Counted from the stretch's first letter, positions 1 through 10,436 are shown. The stretch: 64,000 bases of DNA from an uncultured Chloroflexia bacterium (GCA_963778645.1 CAVZVH010000001.1:67697-131696), one strand, 5' to 3'. Notes: a model not told the origin generated them from the letters alone. Made by a program: numbers and translations.

Positions 1-238
1 ACGCCCGCAGCAGCTCGGCCTGGTCCCGACACGGCATCGGGGCGACGAGCACCCTCGACATCCCCGCCCACGTGGTCGGGGCATCGATCCGGCGTGTCCG
101 CGCCAGATCGAGCGCGGTCGCGATTCGCAGCGAGCCATCGAGGTGCAGGTGCAGCTCAGCCTTGGGCATCGCCTCGACGAGACGGTGGAGCGATCGGCCG
201 GTCGGCGCGGTGTCGTCGGGGTTCGAGGGGTTCGTCAT
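1..238 (-). CDS. add: Adenosine deaminase, 5' part (runs off window start)
   Basis: Manual translation from ATG at 238: MTNPSNPDDTAPTGRSLHRLVEAMPKAELHLHLDGSLR. PKAELHLHLDGS is the adenosine deaminase N-terminal metal-binding motif. Absent from the ORF track because it is truncated. Confidence 0.9.
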   Translation of the reverse strand, partial: MTNPSNPDDTAPTGRSLHRLVEAMPKAELHLHLDGSLRIATALDLARTRRIDAPTTWAGMSRVLVAPMPCRDQAELLRA

Positions 239-245
239 CCCCCGA

Positions 246-254
246 TGCTACAAT
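246..254 (+). promoter_or_regulatory. Extended -10 promoter (TGcTACAAT), near-leaderless, for the NDUFA9-like gene
   Basis: TG at 246-247 and TACAAT at 249-254, 9 nt before GTG 264; no Shine-Dalgarno in between. Confidence 0.55.
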
Positions 255-263
255 TCCTCGGTC

Positions 264-1268
264 GTGTCCACCATCCTCGTCACGGGCGCCTCCGGCTTCG
301 TCGGCAGCTGGACCCTGCCGGTCCTCCTCGACGCCGGTCACCGCATCGTCGCCCTCGTTCGCACGGACCCGGCCGGTGAACTCGTCCTGGAACGCCTGCC
401 GGCCGCCTGGCGCGACCAAGTCGAGATCCGCAAGGGCGACGTCACCATGCCCGCGACCCTGTCGGCCGCGCTGGCCGGCACCGACGAGGTCCTCCACCTC
501 GTCGCGATCCCGCGGGACTACCGCGGCGGCGCGGACCTGCGCCTCATCAACACCGAGGGCACACGCACCTTGATCGAGGCGATGAAGGCGACCGGCGTCC
601 GACGACTGGTCCACATGGGGGCGATGGGCGTCGAGGACGATCCGGACCTCCACTACGCGAGCTCGAAGGCCAAGGCCGAAGCCCTGGTCGCGGCGTCCGG
701 GCTCGACTGGACGATCCTGAAGCCCTCGCTCCAGTTCGGCGCAGGCGATGGCTTCTTCAACATCATCGCGGACCTCGTGCGGCTGTCGCCAGGCCTGCTC
801 CCGGTGCCGGGGAACGGCGACAGCCGGTTCCAGCCGATCCATGGCGGCGATGTCGGGAAGGCGATCGCGGCCACGTTCGCCGACCCGTCCACGATCGGCG
901 GCACGTTCGAGCTGGGTGGGCCGCGCTACTGGACCTATCGCGAGATCACCCGCGAGGTGCTCTCGGCGATGGGCAAGCGCCGGGTGATCGTCCCGATGCC
1001 CGTGCCGCTGATCCGCCTCGTGGCCGGCAGCGCCGAGTTCCTGCGGATCCCGTTCCCGGTGGCCACCGACCAGCTCCGGCAGCTGCGCCTCGACAACATC
1101 GGCGCGCTGGACGTCATCCCGGCACGGTTCGGGTTCGAGCCGCGGCCGATGGAGGGCGCGCTGGGCTATCTGCGCGCGAAGCCGAGCGACCAGCGGACTC
1201 GCGGCGACGTCTTCGCGGACCAGGCGACGACCGACCGACCCACGGTCGATGGGGTCGCACCCGCGTGA
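264..1268 (+). CDS. NAD(P)-binding atypical SDR, complex I NDUFA9 subunit-like
   Basis: ILVTGASGFVG Rossmann motif, YASSKAKAE, LKPSLQFG and FQPIHGGDV are typical of the NDUFA9/SDR_a8 family. Start moved from 72 to GTG 264. Confidence 0.8.
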   Translation: MSTILVTGASGFVGSWTLPVLLDAGHRIVALVRTDPAGELVLERLPAAWRDQVEIRKGDVTMPATLSAALAGTDEVLHLVAIPRDYRGGADLRLINTEGTRTLIEAMKATGVRRLVHMGAMGVEDDPDLHYASSKAKAEALVAASGLDWTILKPSLQFGAGDGFFNIIADLVRLSPGLLPVPGNGDSRFQPIHGGDVGKAIAATFADPSTIGGTFELGGPRYWTYREITREVLSAMGKRRVIVPMPVPLIRLVAGSAEFLRIPFPVATDQLRQLRLDNIGALDVIPARFGFEPRPMEGALGYLRAKPSDQRTRGDVFADQATTDRPTVDGVAPA

Positions 1269-2284
1269 CCGTGCCCGATCCCCTCGAACCCGGGCAAGAG
1301 CCGAGCCTCGCCATCCCGGGCGACCTCGTGACGGCGGCCCGACCGGCTGCTGCGGCGGTCGTCTGGATCGTGGCCGCGATCGTCATCGCCCTCGGCGCGG
1401 CGGGCCTGGTGGCCGCGATGGCTCCCGGCCCGGATCGCCCGGTCGTGCCGGGTCTCACCTACGAGAACGATGCCGCCGTCGCCGGGCGTCTCGATGCGAT
1501 CGAGACCGACCTTCGCGCGCTGGCCGACGACGTCGACGCCCTCGGATCGCAGGCGAGAGGCGCCCTGGCCGCGATGATCAACGGCGACGCGGACACCGTC
1601 GATGCGGCGATCGCCAAGGGCGACGAGCTGCTGGCCGCGATCGCCGAACAGACGAAGGCGATCCGGGCCGACCTCTCGACCGTCCCGCACGTGCGCGCCC
1701 CCGAGGCCGATCTCCGCGTCTCCCCAGAAGTGCGACGACGGTACGCCCGCCTGCTCCCGGTGCCGACGGCGACCGATGGCCTCGATGCGGCCTGGGTCCA
1801 GTTGACGGTCGGGGCGGCCGCGGCCGGTCGCCTGGCGGCCCAGCTGGCCGAGCACGACCGGCTGGTGGCCGCCGCGGCCGAACAGGGTCGGGCCGCGAAG
1901 TACAAGGCGGCGATCGCGACGCTGGACGAGGCCGCGGCGACGATCGCGGCGAGCCGGGCGTTCCGGGACCGGCTCGTCGCCACGGTCGACGTGACCGTCC
2001 TGGATCAGTGGTTGGAGCGCAACGAGACCTACGACAAGGCGCTCGCCGCGCTGTACCAGGCGCTCGCGTCCGTTGGCGGCAAGGTGACCGACAAGGTCCG
2101 CGAAGCCATCGCGGCGGAGAAGGCCGCCAGGGCGCGGCTACCACCCGATGCCCGCGGGCTCGTGGTGATCATGGCCGACATCGGTCGGGGCAGCCTCAAC
2201 CGCGCCGTGATCGCCATCGAGGGGGCCAAGGCGGAGCTGTCCGAGGCGCTGGAGCCGGAGCCCGAGCCCTCGGCGACGCCCTGA
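1265..2284 (+). CDS. Hypothetical membrane-anchored alpha-helical protein
   Basis: One N-terminal TM segment (VVWIVAAIVIALGAAGLVAAM), then an Ala-rich coiled-coil-like body; GTGA overlap with the upstream gene. Confidence 0.7.
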   Translation: MTVPDPLEPGQEPSLAIPGDLVTAARPAAAAVVWIVAAIVIALGAAGLVAAMAPGPDRPVVPGLTYENDAAVAGRLDAIETDLRALADDVDALGSQARGALAAMINGDADTVDAAIAKGDELLAAIAEQTKAIRADLSTVPHVRAPEADLRVSPEVRRRYARLLPVPTATDGLDAAWVQLTVGAAAAGRLAAQLAEHDRLVAAAAEQGRAAKYKAAIATLDEAAATIAASRAFRDRLVATVDVTVLDQWLERNETYDKALAALYQALASVGGKVTDKVREAIAAEKAARARLPPDARGLVVIMADIGRGSLNRAVIAIEGAKAELSEALEPEPEPSATP

Positions 2285-2396
2285 TCCGGCATCCTCCCCG
2301 CTGACCGGCCGCGGGTACACTGCGCGCAGCCCATCGCGACTGCGAGTCGAGCGGGGGAGCTCGGCCGTACGCGAACGTGTCGGAGGCCCGATCACC

Positions 2397-3911
2397 GTGC
2401 AACTTCGTGTCGTCAACGACCAGCCCTGGGATGTCGCCGCTGATGTCCTCGTCATCCCGATCGTCGACGAGCCGGCCTTCGAGGGACCGCTCGACGAGCT
2501 GGATCGTCGGACCGGGGGTGAACTGCGCTCCCTGGCCGCCTTCGGCGAACTGAAGGCCAAGCGCTACACGACGTCGCTGGCCGCGCCGGGCGAGCTGCCA
2601 GCCGGGCGCGTGCTGGTGGTCGGAGCCGGCGAATCGGCCAAGCTCGACCGGGAGACGGTCGTCCGGATCGGTGCGACGGCCGAGCGCCGCCTCGGCGGTC
2701 GGACGGTCGAGCGCCTGGCCGTCTGGCTGGCACCGCTCATCGACGCGCTGGGCGAGCCCGCCGAGGTCGTGGGCGAGCTCGTCGCGCGCGGGGTCGTCGA
2801 GGGCTCGTACGACCCGAAGTCGATCTACCTCGAGACGGTCGAGGCGGCACCGCCGGAGCTGGACGAGCTGATCCTCGTGGCGCCGGGAGACTCGGACGTC
2901 GGCACGATCGCCGCCGCCGGCGAGCGAGGCGTGATCATGGGCGAGGGCGCGAACCTGGCCCGCACGCTATCGAACCGGGCCGCCAACGACGTCAGTCCGG
3001 ACGTCCTCGCGGACGAGGCCCGCGAGATCGCCCGCCAGCACGGCCTGTGGATCGACGTCATCGACGAGACGCGTGCGGCCGAGCTCGGCATGGGCCTGTT
3101 CCTCGCCGTCGGACGCGGCAGCGACAACCCTCCCCGGATGATCGTCCTTCGCTCCGGGGGCGTGGGTGAGCGCGACGCGATCGATCGGCACCTGGCCCTG
3201 GTCGGCAAGGGCGTCTGCTTCGATTCCGGTGGGATCAGCATCAAGCCATCCGACCGGATGGACGAGATGAAGATGGACAAGACCGGGGCGTGCACCGTGA
3301 TCGCGGCCATCGCGACCGTGGCCCGCCTGGCACCCGGGACGCCTCTGCTCGCTCTCGCGCCGGCGGTCGAGAACATGCCCGGCCCGCACTCGACCCGGCC
3401 CGGCGACGTCGTCAGGGCGCTCAACGGGAAGATGGTGGACATCACGAACACCGACGCCGAAGGGCGACTGATCCTGGGCGATGCGATGACGTACGCGGAG
3501 CAGCTCGGCGCCACCCATGTCGTGGACGTGGCGACGCTGACCGGTGCCGTCGCACGCGCGCTCGGGCACCTCGTGACGGGGGCATTCGGGCAGCCGCAGG
3601 ACTTCTACGACGACGTGATCGCGGCCGCGGACCGGGCCGGCGAGCGCTACTGGCAGCTCCCGCTCATCGACGATTACGTGCCGGACATGGAAAGCTGGTA
3701 TGGCGACCTGCAGAACTCCGGGTCAGCCGAGGGCTCGCTCGTCAAGAGCGGCCTCTTCCTGCGCGAGTTCGTGACGAAGCCGTGGGTCCACCTGGACATC
3801 GCCGGGACCGGCTACTACCGCAAGGCCGTGCCGTTCGCGCCACGCGGCGCGACCGGCGTGTCGCACGCGACGCTCGTCGAGCTGGCGCTGGCGGGCGCCA
3901 GCGGCGACTGA
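2397..3911 (+). CDS. pepA: Leucyl aminopeptidase (M17 family)
   Basis: LVGKGVCFDSGGISIK, MKMDKTG and NTDAEGRLILGDA M17 signatures. Confidence 0.95.
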   Translation: MQLRVVNDQPWDVAADVLVIPIVDEPAFEGPLDELDRRTGGELRSLAAFGELKAKRYTTSLAAPGELPAGRVLVVGAGESAKLDRETVVRIGATAERRLGGRTVERLAVWLAPLIDALGEPAEVVGELVARGVVEGSYDPKSIYLETVEAAPPELDELILVAPGDSDVGTIAAAGERGVIMGEGANLARTLSNRAANDVSPDVLADEAREIARQHGLWIDVIDETRAAELGMGLFLAVGRGSDNPPRMIVLRSGGVGERDAIDRHLALVGKGVCFDSGGISIKPSDRMDEMKMDKTGACTVIAAIATVARLAPGTPLLALAPAVENMPGPHSTRPGDVVRALNGKMVDITNTDAEGRLILGDAMTYAEQLGATHVVDVATLTGAVARALGHLVTGAFGQPQDFYDDVIAAADRAGERYWQLPLIDDYVPDMESWYGDLQNSGSAEGSLVKSGLFLREFVTKPWVHLDIAGTGYYRKAVPFAPRGATGVSHATLVELALAGASGD

Positions 3912-3963
3912 CGGTCCCCGGCCGGCGTCGCGAGCACGCTCGTTAGCCCGGAGGTCTGGGCGC

Positions 3964-4639
3964 ATGGAGTTCGCCGATGTGCCGATCCGGGCCTTCGCGG
4001 TCGTCGCCACCCTGCTGGGTGCCGGGGCCGGGTTCGCCGTGGGCGTCGTGGCCGACCGCCTGGCGACGCTCTGGCCGGAGCACGACGAGGAGCACCCGCC
4101 CGGGCGGAGCCTGGACTGGCGAACGGCCGTCACCGCGCTGGTCGGTGCGGCCGCACTCGGGCTGCTGCCGCTCAGGTTCTGGGCCGATCCCCTGGCGATC
4201 GGCCCTGTTCGGCGCATGGTTCGTCACGCTCATCGTCGGCCTGGCGACCGACCTCGACCAGCGGATGCTGCCCGACGAACTGACCCTGCCGGTCATCCCG
4301 ATCGCGCTGCTCTACGCCGTGAGCGGGCTCAACCCGCTGGTCGGCCCCGATCTGGTCTGGGCGATCGCGGCCGCGGTCATCATCCCGCTCGTGCTGTACC
4401 TGCCCTCGATCCCGTTCGGCGCGGGCGCCTTCGGCATCGGCGATGTCAAGCTGCTGGTCGGTGTCGGGCTGATGGCCGGTGGCGAGCGTGCGCTCGGTGG
4501 CGTCGTGTTCGGATTGATCCTGGCCGGGGTCGTGCTGCTGGCCCTGCTGGCCACGCGGCAGATCAGCCGGCGCTCGTATGTGCCGTTCGGGCCGTTCCTG
4601 ATCCTCGGGGCGTTGTGGGCCGTGCTCATCCGAGCGTGA
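3964..4639 (+). CDS. Prepilin peptidase, A24 family (one apparent frameshift near 4200)
   Basis: Frame 3964 gives the N-terminal TM helices; frame 3977 continues with TDLDQRMLPDELT, GIGDVKL and VPFGPFL (A24 aspartate motifs). Removing one C in ggccctg joins the two frames. Confidence 0.8.
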
Positions 4640-4762
4640 GCGTGCAGCGGGCGCCCGACGCGAACCGCCGTGTGGCCCCTCGGTCCCACGAAGCACCCCG
4701 GACCAACGTCTGGTTGGGTTGCGTGGCCGGGATGGCTAGACTCCCTCGGGTAAGATGCCCGT

Positions 4763-4860
4763 AAGCCGGTGTCGTCCAGCGGTCGTGTGCCCCGGTTTGG
4801 ACGGCGATGAACCGGCGGGCGTAGCCGTCAGACGCTGTGCGGGTCCCCAAGCCCGCCAAC
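4763..4860 (+). other. Candidate structured 5' leader upstream of the M23 peptidase
   Basis: TAAGAT -10 at 4751-4756. Stem 4765-4778 pairs with 4798-4816, with a bulge. Alternative pairing 4814-4820 with 4851-4857. No known RNA family recognised. Confidence 0.35.
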
Positions 4861-4897
4861 GACCCACGGAGTTTGCTCGCACGATGACATCGCCAAC

Positions 4898-6289
4898 GTG
4901 ATAGGCCGCCAGACCGACCGATCGGTCCCCTCGCTCGCGATCGGCTGGGCGTCGGCGCCCGCCCGCCGGCAGCCCGCCCGCCGCCGGATCCTCGCGTCGC
5001 TCCTGCTCGTGCCCCTCGTCCTGGGGTTGCTTGGCGCGCCCGCCAGCACCCCGATCGTGCGCGGCGACGAACTGACCGACGCGAAGGACAAGCAGGCTGA
5101 GCTCGCGAAGGAAGTCAAGAAGCAGAAGGAGCAGGTCAAGGAGCTCAACGCCCTGCAGCGTGGCCTCGCGACCGAGATCTCCAACACCCGCAAGCAGCTG
5201 GCCGGCATCAACGCCGACCTGAGCGCGGTCAAGAAGAAGATCACCAAGATGGGCGCGGCCATCGACAAGGTGAAGGCCAAGTACGCGGACCTGGTCGCGC
5301 AACTCGCGGCGATGGACGCGCAGCTCGTCGCGATCGAGGGCCAGGAGGTCGTCAAGCGGGAAGAGTTGCGCCAACGGAAGCTCCTGCTGGCCGAGCGGAT
5401 CCGGAGCGCCTACGACACGGATCGCACGTCGCTGCTGGAGTCGTTCCTGTCCGGCGGGACGTTCACCGACCTGCTTACCGAGATGAGCGCCTACATCGAT
5501 ATCGGGGAGCAGGACAAGGAACTCGCCCAGCAGATCGCACGCGACCAGGAGGCGCTGGCCGTCCTGCACCAGAACGTGGCCGCCACCCGCGAGCGCACGA
5601 ACGTCCTGCGGCAGGAGACGGCGGCCCAGAAGCGGACCCTCGACGCCAGCATGAAGGCCCTCAAGGCGGCCAAGGCCGAGCTCCGCAAGCTCGAGAAGGA
5701 GACCCAGCGGAACCTCTCGATCCAGCGGGCGACGTTCGCCAAGATCGCGAGGAGCAAGGCGAATGCGGCAAAGGCCCTGAGGATCGCCGCGACGGCGCAG
5801 CGGCAGCTCGCCGCGAAGATCTCCGAGATCGTCCGCAAGCAGACCCAGGCCGGCCGCATCCCATCCGAGTACAACGGGACGCTGTCCTGGCCGATGTCGG
5901 GCAACGTGACCCAGAACTTCGGATGCACCGGGTTCTCATGGGAGCCGCCGCGCGGCGATTGTCCGCACTTCCACTCGGGCATCGACATCGTCGCCCCGGA
6001 GGGCACCAAGGTCCGCGCGTCGGGCGCGGGCGTGGTCGCCTACATCGGGTGGAACTACGCTGACGGCGCCGATCCGGCCTGGATCGTCATCGTCGCGCAC
6101 AGCGAGAGCCTGCAGACGTGGTACGCCCACATGCGGCCCGCCTACCCGGGCGGGATCAGGGCCGGCAGCAACATCAAGGCCGGCCAGGTGATCGGCTACG
6201 AGGGAAACACGGGTCATTCGACCGGCGCCCACCTCCATTGGGCCGTCCGCTACAAGGGCGACTTCGTCAACCCGCGCCTGTTCCTGTAA
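4898..6289 (+). CDS. Coiled-coil M23 family peptidoglycan endopeptidase (EnvC/CwlO-like architecture)
   Basis: Signal or TM segment, long coiled coil, then C-terminal HSGIDI, YAHM and GHSTGAHLHW M23 motifs. Confidence 0.9.
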   Translation: MIGRQTDRSVPSLAIGWASAPARRQPARRRILASLLLVPLVLGLLGAPASTPIVRGDELTDAKDKQAELAKEVKKQKEQVKELNALQRGLATEISNTRKQLAGINADLSAVKKKITKMGAAIDKVKAKYADLVAQLAAMDAQLVAIEGQEVVKREELRQRKLLLAERIRSAYDTDRTSLLESFLSGGTFTDLLTEMSAYIDIGEQDKELAQQIARDQEALAVLHQNVAATRERTNVLRQETAAQKRTLDASMKALKAAKAELRKLEKETQRNLSIQRATFAKIARSKANAAKALRIAATAQRQLAAKISEIVRKQTQAGRIPSEYNGTLSWPMSGNVTQNFGCTGFSWEPPRGDCPHFHSGIDIVAPEGTKVRASGAGVVAYIGWNYADGADPAWIVIVAHSESLQTWYAHMRPAYPGGIRAGSNIKAGQVIGYEGNTGHSTGAHLHWAVRYKGDFVNPRLFL

Positions 6290-6433
6290 CTCGCCTCACG
6301 GGCGCGGCGCCTGTCACGAGACGTTCACGAGACCGATACCTGCCGTTGACCGACGCCTGATGGATGCCGTGCTAGCATCCAACGGCGGGGGCGACCGAAC
6401 GGCGTCCTGGCGACAGGTCAGGGAGGCGCGACC

Positions 6434-7792
6434 GTGAAGCGCACGATGGCGGTCATCCTCGCGGGCGGCGAAGGTGAGCGGCTGTCCATCTTGTCGCAGG
6501 AACGCGCCAAGCCGGCGGTCCCGTTCGGTGGCAAGTACCGGATCATCGACTTCACGCTGTCGAACTGCGTCAACTCCGAGATCGACAACGTCGTCGTCCT
6601 GACGCAGTACAACCCGCGCTCCCTCAACGATCACATCGGCCTGGGCCGGCCATGGGACCTGGACCGCAATCGCGGTGGCGTGAAGCTCCTCCAGCCCTAC
6701 ATCGCGCGCGGCCGCGTGGCGGAGTGGTACCGGGGGACCGCCGACGCGGTCCTGCGCAACATCAATGTCCTCGAGCACGATCCGGGCGACACCGTCGTCG
6801 TCCTCGCCGGCGACCACATCTACAAGATGGACTACCAGCCGTTCCTGGCCGCCCATCGTCGTCACCGCGCCGACGTCACGATCGCCGTCCGGCGCGTGCC
6901 GCTCGCCGAGGCGTCGCGGATGGGGATCCTCGCGATGGACGACCAGAACCGCGTCGTCGAGTGGCAGGAGAAGCCCAAGCAGCCCAAGAGCGACCTCGCC
7001 TCGATGGGCGTCTACGTGTTCTCGAAGAAGGCCCTCCGCACGTGGCTCACCGAGGACAACGTCGACTTCGGTCGCAACGTCATCCCGGCGATGATCGAGG
7101 CTGGCGCCCGGGTCTTCGGCTACCACTACAGCGGCTACTGGCAGGACGTCGGGACCATCCAGTCCTACTGGGAGGCCAACATGGCGCTCCTGGCCGACGA
7201 CCCCGAGCTCGACCTCTACGACAAGGACTGGGTCATCCACACCCGATCCGAGGAACGCGCCCCGGCGAAGGTGGGGCCAACGGCGCAGGTCCATCGGAGC
7301 CTCATCAGCCACGGCTGCGTCATCGACGGCACGGTCGTCAACTCGGTGCTGTCGCCGGGCGTGCGGGTCGGCGTGGGGGCGGTGGTGCGCGACTCGATCG
7401 TCATGTTCGACTCGGTGATCCGCTCGGGGGCGGTGGTCGACCGCTCGATCCTCGACAAGGAGGTCGTGGTCGGCCAGGGAGCCCTGGTCGGCGACGGCCC
7501 ATTCCCGGATCGACCGAACAAGCAGGAGCCGAGCCGGCTGAACACCGGCATCACGGTCGTGGGCAAGCGCGCGGTCATCCCTCGCGGCGTCCGCATCGGT
7601 CGCAACGTGCGGGTCGCGGCCGACATCCGCAGCTCCGACTTCGTGGGCCGCGTGGTGAAGAGTGGCGAGTCGGTCGAGCCGCGGCCGACGGCACGACGTC
7701 GTCCCGCGGCCGGCCCCAAGCCGGTCGCCGTCGCCGCCGAGGGCACGCGTCCGGCCGCGGCGGCCTCGGCCGGCGCAAGGCGAGGCAAGTAG
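6434..7792 (+). CDS. glgC: Glucose-1-phosphate adenylyltransferase
   Basis: [43 protein letters not shown] and YWQDVGT, plus a C-terminal left-handed beta-helix. Confidence 0.95.
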   Translation: MKRTMAVILAGGEGERLSILSQERAKPAVPFGGKYRIIDFTLSNCVNSEIDNVVVLTQYNPRSLNDHIGLGRPWDLDRNRGGVKLLQPYIARGRVAEWYRGTADAVLRNINVLEHDPGDTVVVLAGDHIYKMDYQPFLAAHRRHRADVTIAVRRVPLAEASRMGILAMDDQNRVVEWQEKPKQPKSDLASMGVYVFSKKALRTWLTEDNVDFGRNVIPAMIEAGARVFGYHYSGYWQDVGTIQSYWEANMALLADDPELDLYDKDWVIHTRSEERAPAKVGPTAQVHRSLISHGCVIDGTVVNSVLSPGVRVGVGAVVRDSIVMFDSVIRSGAVVDRSILDKEVVVGQGALVGDGPFPDRPNKQEPSRLNTGITVVGKRAVIPRGVRIGRNVRVAADIRSSDFVGRVVKSGESVEPRPTARRRPAAGPKPVAVAAEGTRPAAAASAGARRGK

Positions 7793-7878
7793 CCGCTCGC
7801 CGACGCCGATGGGGCCCGCCGGTCTCCGGGCAGGCTCCTGTGGAACGCCCCTCGGTTCTCGGCTAGACTCCGCGGGCC

Positions 7879-8406
7879 ATGCCATCCGCCGACCACGGCG
7901 CGCCCCTCGTGCGCCCGGCCGACGTCGAGCGATGGCTCGCCGAGCTGGGCCTGGAGGCGCTCGAGCGGGCCGATCGCGACGGGATCGTCTCCTGGGACCT
8001 CGTGCTCGACGGCCGCCGGCGCTTCGATCTCCGCGTGACCGTCATCCTGGATCCCGCGCTCGCGATCATCGCGTGGGGCCACTACGCGCCACCGATCAGC
8101 GACATGTTCCGCAAGTCGTACCGGAAGCTGCTGCGCTGGAATGACGAGTTCCCGTTCGCGAAGTTCAGCATCGGCGAGGATGAGCGACCGCTCCTGGCCG
8201 TGGAGGTGCCGATCGCCGATGCCGACGCCGATCGGCTGGGCCTTGCGTTGGCCCGCATCCTGGGCATGGCCGACCAGCTCCTCGACGAGTCCAGGGACTG
8301 GCTCTTTCTGGGCGGACGGATCCCCGACCCGGGCGAGCGATCCTCGCGGAACGCCGACCTCCTGGCACGGTACGAGGCGCGCATGCCAGAGCTCCTGATC
8401 GGGTGA
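7879..8406 (+). CDS. YbjN domain-containing protein
   Basis: Size and pattern (YRKLLRWNDEFPFAKFSIGEDERPLLAVE) fit the YbjN chaperone-like family. TAGACT -10 at 7864-7869 lies 9 nt before the ATG. Confidence 0.6.
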   Translation: MPSADHGAPLVRPADVERWLAELGLEALERADRDGIVSWDLVLDGRRRFDLRVTVILDPALAIIAWGHYAPPISDMFRKSYRKLLRWNDEFPFAKFSIGEDERPLLAVEVPIADADADRLGLALARILGMADQLLDESRDWLFLGGRIPDPGERSSRNADLLARYEARMPELLIG

Positions 8407-10436
8407 GGAGCGTCCGCCGGACCGTCCCGGTCCTCCTCGCGCTCGTGGCCGCGATCGGCCTCCTGGCCGCGCCAGTCGTCGGTCCCGTTGCCGAGGTTCG
8501 GGCCGCCGCCCCCGACCTGACCATCGTCAGCGAGGCCAGGTACGACGTCCAGCCCTCGAAGCACCGGGTCCGGGTGACGCTCGCCCTGACGCTCACGAAC
8601 CGCCTCAAGGACACAGTGACCAGGCGCTACTACTTCGACAAGGCGTTCCTGGCCGTCCTGCCGGGCACGACGGGTCACGCGCTGAGCTGGGACGGCGCCG
8701 GGACACCGACCGTTGGAGCGACGAAGAGGACCGCCGAGTACACGATCCTCCAGCTCAACCTCCCGAGACGCCTGTACAGCCAGAGCACCGCCCGCTACAC
8801 GCTCCGCTTCGACATCGCCGACAACGGCGGCAAGGCGACCCGCGACGTCCGAATCGGCGATTCGCTCGTGTCCTTCCCGGTCTGGGCATACGCGACCGAC
8901 GACACGCCGGGCAGCTCGGCCACGGTGGTCTTCCCCGCCGGCTTCCAGGTCGAGGTCGAGGCCGGCTCCATCCCCGCCCCGACGACCGACTCGACCGGCC
9001 GGACGATCTTCCGGTCCGGCCGCCTGGACAAGCCGCTGACCTTCTTCGCGTTCCTCGTCGGCGACCGGCCGGGGGCGTATGCCACCCGCACGATCAGCCC
9101 GATCGTGCTCGGACGGCCGGTACCGTTGACGATCCGCTCGTGGCCCGACGACCCGGCCTGGGACAAGCGGGTCGGCGGCCTGGTCGAACGCGCCTTGCCG
9201 GTCCTCGGCGACCAGATCGGCTTGCCATGGCCGCGCGAGGACACGCTCGTCGTGCAGGAGGCCGTGAGCCGCTCGACCGGGGGATATGCCGGGCTCTTCG
9301 ACCCGGCGGCCGGACGGGTCGAGGTCGCCTACTACGCGAGCGATTTCGTCGTCCTGCACGAGGCGGCCCACGGCTGGTTCAACGGCGCGCTGCTCGCGGA
9401 TCGCTGGGCGAACGAGGCGTTCGCGTCGTACTACGGCCTCGAGGCCGCCGCCGTTCTCAAGGTCAAGGCCGTCGGCGACGAGCTGACCGACGCGTTGACG
9501 AAGGCCCGGATCCCGCTCAACGCCTGGGGTTCGGTCGGCCGTGAGACCACGGCCGCCGAGGACTACGCGTATGCCGCCAGCCTGTCGCTGGCACGCGCGG
9601 TCGCAGAGCGGGCCGGCGGGGACGGTCTCCGGGCGGTGTGGTCCGATGCAAGCGAGCGTGTCGGGGCCTACCAGCCGGCTGGTGGCGGTTCCACCGAGCG
9701 GGTGGACGGGCCGCCGGATTGGCGCGGCCTGCTGGACCTGCTGGAGACCAGGAGCGGCAGATCGTTCGACGACTTGTGGCGGACCTGGGTCGCCCGGACC
9801 GAGGACCTGCCGCTGCTCGATGCCCGCCTGGCGGCGCGAACGCGCTACGACGAGGTCGTCGCCCAGGCGACCGACTGGCGGTTGCCGATGCCGATCCGCG
9901 ACGCCCTCCGCGCCTGGCAGTTCGAGGACGCCACGGCCATGCTCGACCTGGCGAGCGGCGTGCTCGACCAGCGGGCCGCCGTCGAGGCGGCGGCATCGGT
10001 TGCCGGTCTCGAGCTACCGGGGGCGCTCCAGACCGCCTTCGAAGGCGACGACGGGTTCGACGACGCGATCGCCGAGGCCGATGCCGAACTCCAGACGATC
10101 GAGCGCTATCAGGCGGCCGTCGCGGCTCGACCGAACGGCGGCGACCTGTTCCTGAGCCTGGGTCTGTGGGACGAGGCCCCGGAAGCCGACCTGGTCGCCT
10201 CACGGGAGGCGTTCTCGCGGGGCGACCTGTCCGCGGCCGCGGCCGCCGCCGGTGAGGCCGAGGCCGCCTGGTCCGGGGCCACTGGCCTCGGGCGCAGTCG
10301 CGTCATCAGCCTGTTGGTACTCGCCGTCGCGGCGCTGATGGCCCTCGTCCTGATCGTTCTTTGGAATCGCGGCCGGCGCCGCCGTCGGATCCACCGGATG
10401 CACGCCCATCGGATCAAGGAGTCGGCCAAGCCATGA
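8403..10436 (+). CDS. Secreted, C-terminally membrane-anchored gluzincin (M1/MA-like) metallopeptidase
   Basis: N-terminal signal peptide; VLHEAAHGWF...WANEAFASY (HEXXH plus downstream Glu); C-terminal TM followed by an Arg-rich stop-transfer segment. Confidence 0.7.
   Translation: MRSVRRTVPVLLALVAAIGLLAAPVVGPVAEVRAAAPDLTIVSEARYDVQPSKHRVRVTLALTLTNRLKDTVTRRYYFDKAFLAVLPGTTGHALSWDGAGTPTVGATKRTAEYTILQLNLPRRLYSQSTARYTLRFDIADNGGKATRDVRIGDSLVSFPVWAYATDDTPGSSATVVFPAGFQVEVEAGSIPAPTTDSTGRTIFRSGRLDKPLTFFAFLVGDRPGAYATRTISPIVLGRPVPLTIRSWPDDPAWDKRVGGLVERALPVLGDQIGLPWPREDTLVVQEAVSRSTGGYAGLFDPAAGRVEVAYYASDFVVLHEAAHGWFNGALLADRWANEAFASYYGLEAAAVLKVKAVGDELTDALTKARIPLNAWGSVGRETTAAEDYAYAASLSLARAVAERAGGDGLRAVWSDASERVGAYQPAGGGSTERVDGPPDWRGLLDLLETRSGRSFDDLWRTWVARTEDLPLLDARLAARTRYDEVVAQATDWRLPMPIRDALRAWQFEDATAMLDLASGVLDQRAAVEAAASVAGLELPGALQTAFEGDDGFDDAIAEADAELQTIERYQAAVAARPNGGDLFLSLGLWDEAPEADLVASREAFSRGDLSAAAAAAGEAEAAWSGATGLGRSRVISLLVLAVAALMALVLIVLWNRGRRRRRIHRMHAHRIKESAKP

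Noticed and set aside
4760-4890. c-di-AMP (ydaO) riboswitch
   Set aside because: The conserved ydaO sequence blocks are not present; kept only as an unassigned structured leader.
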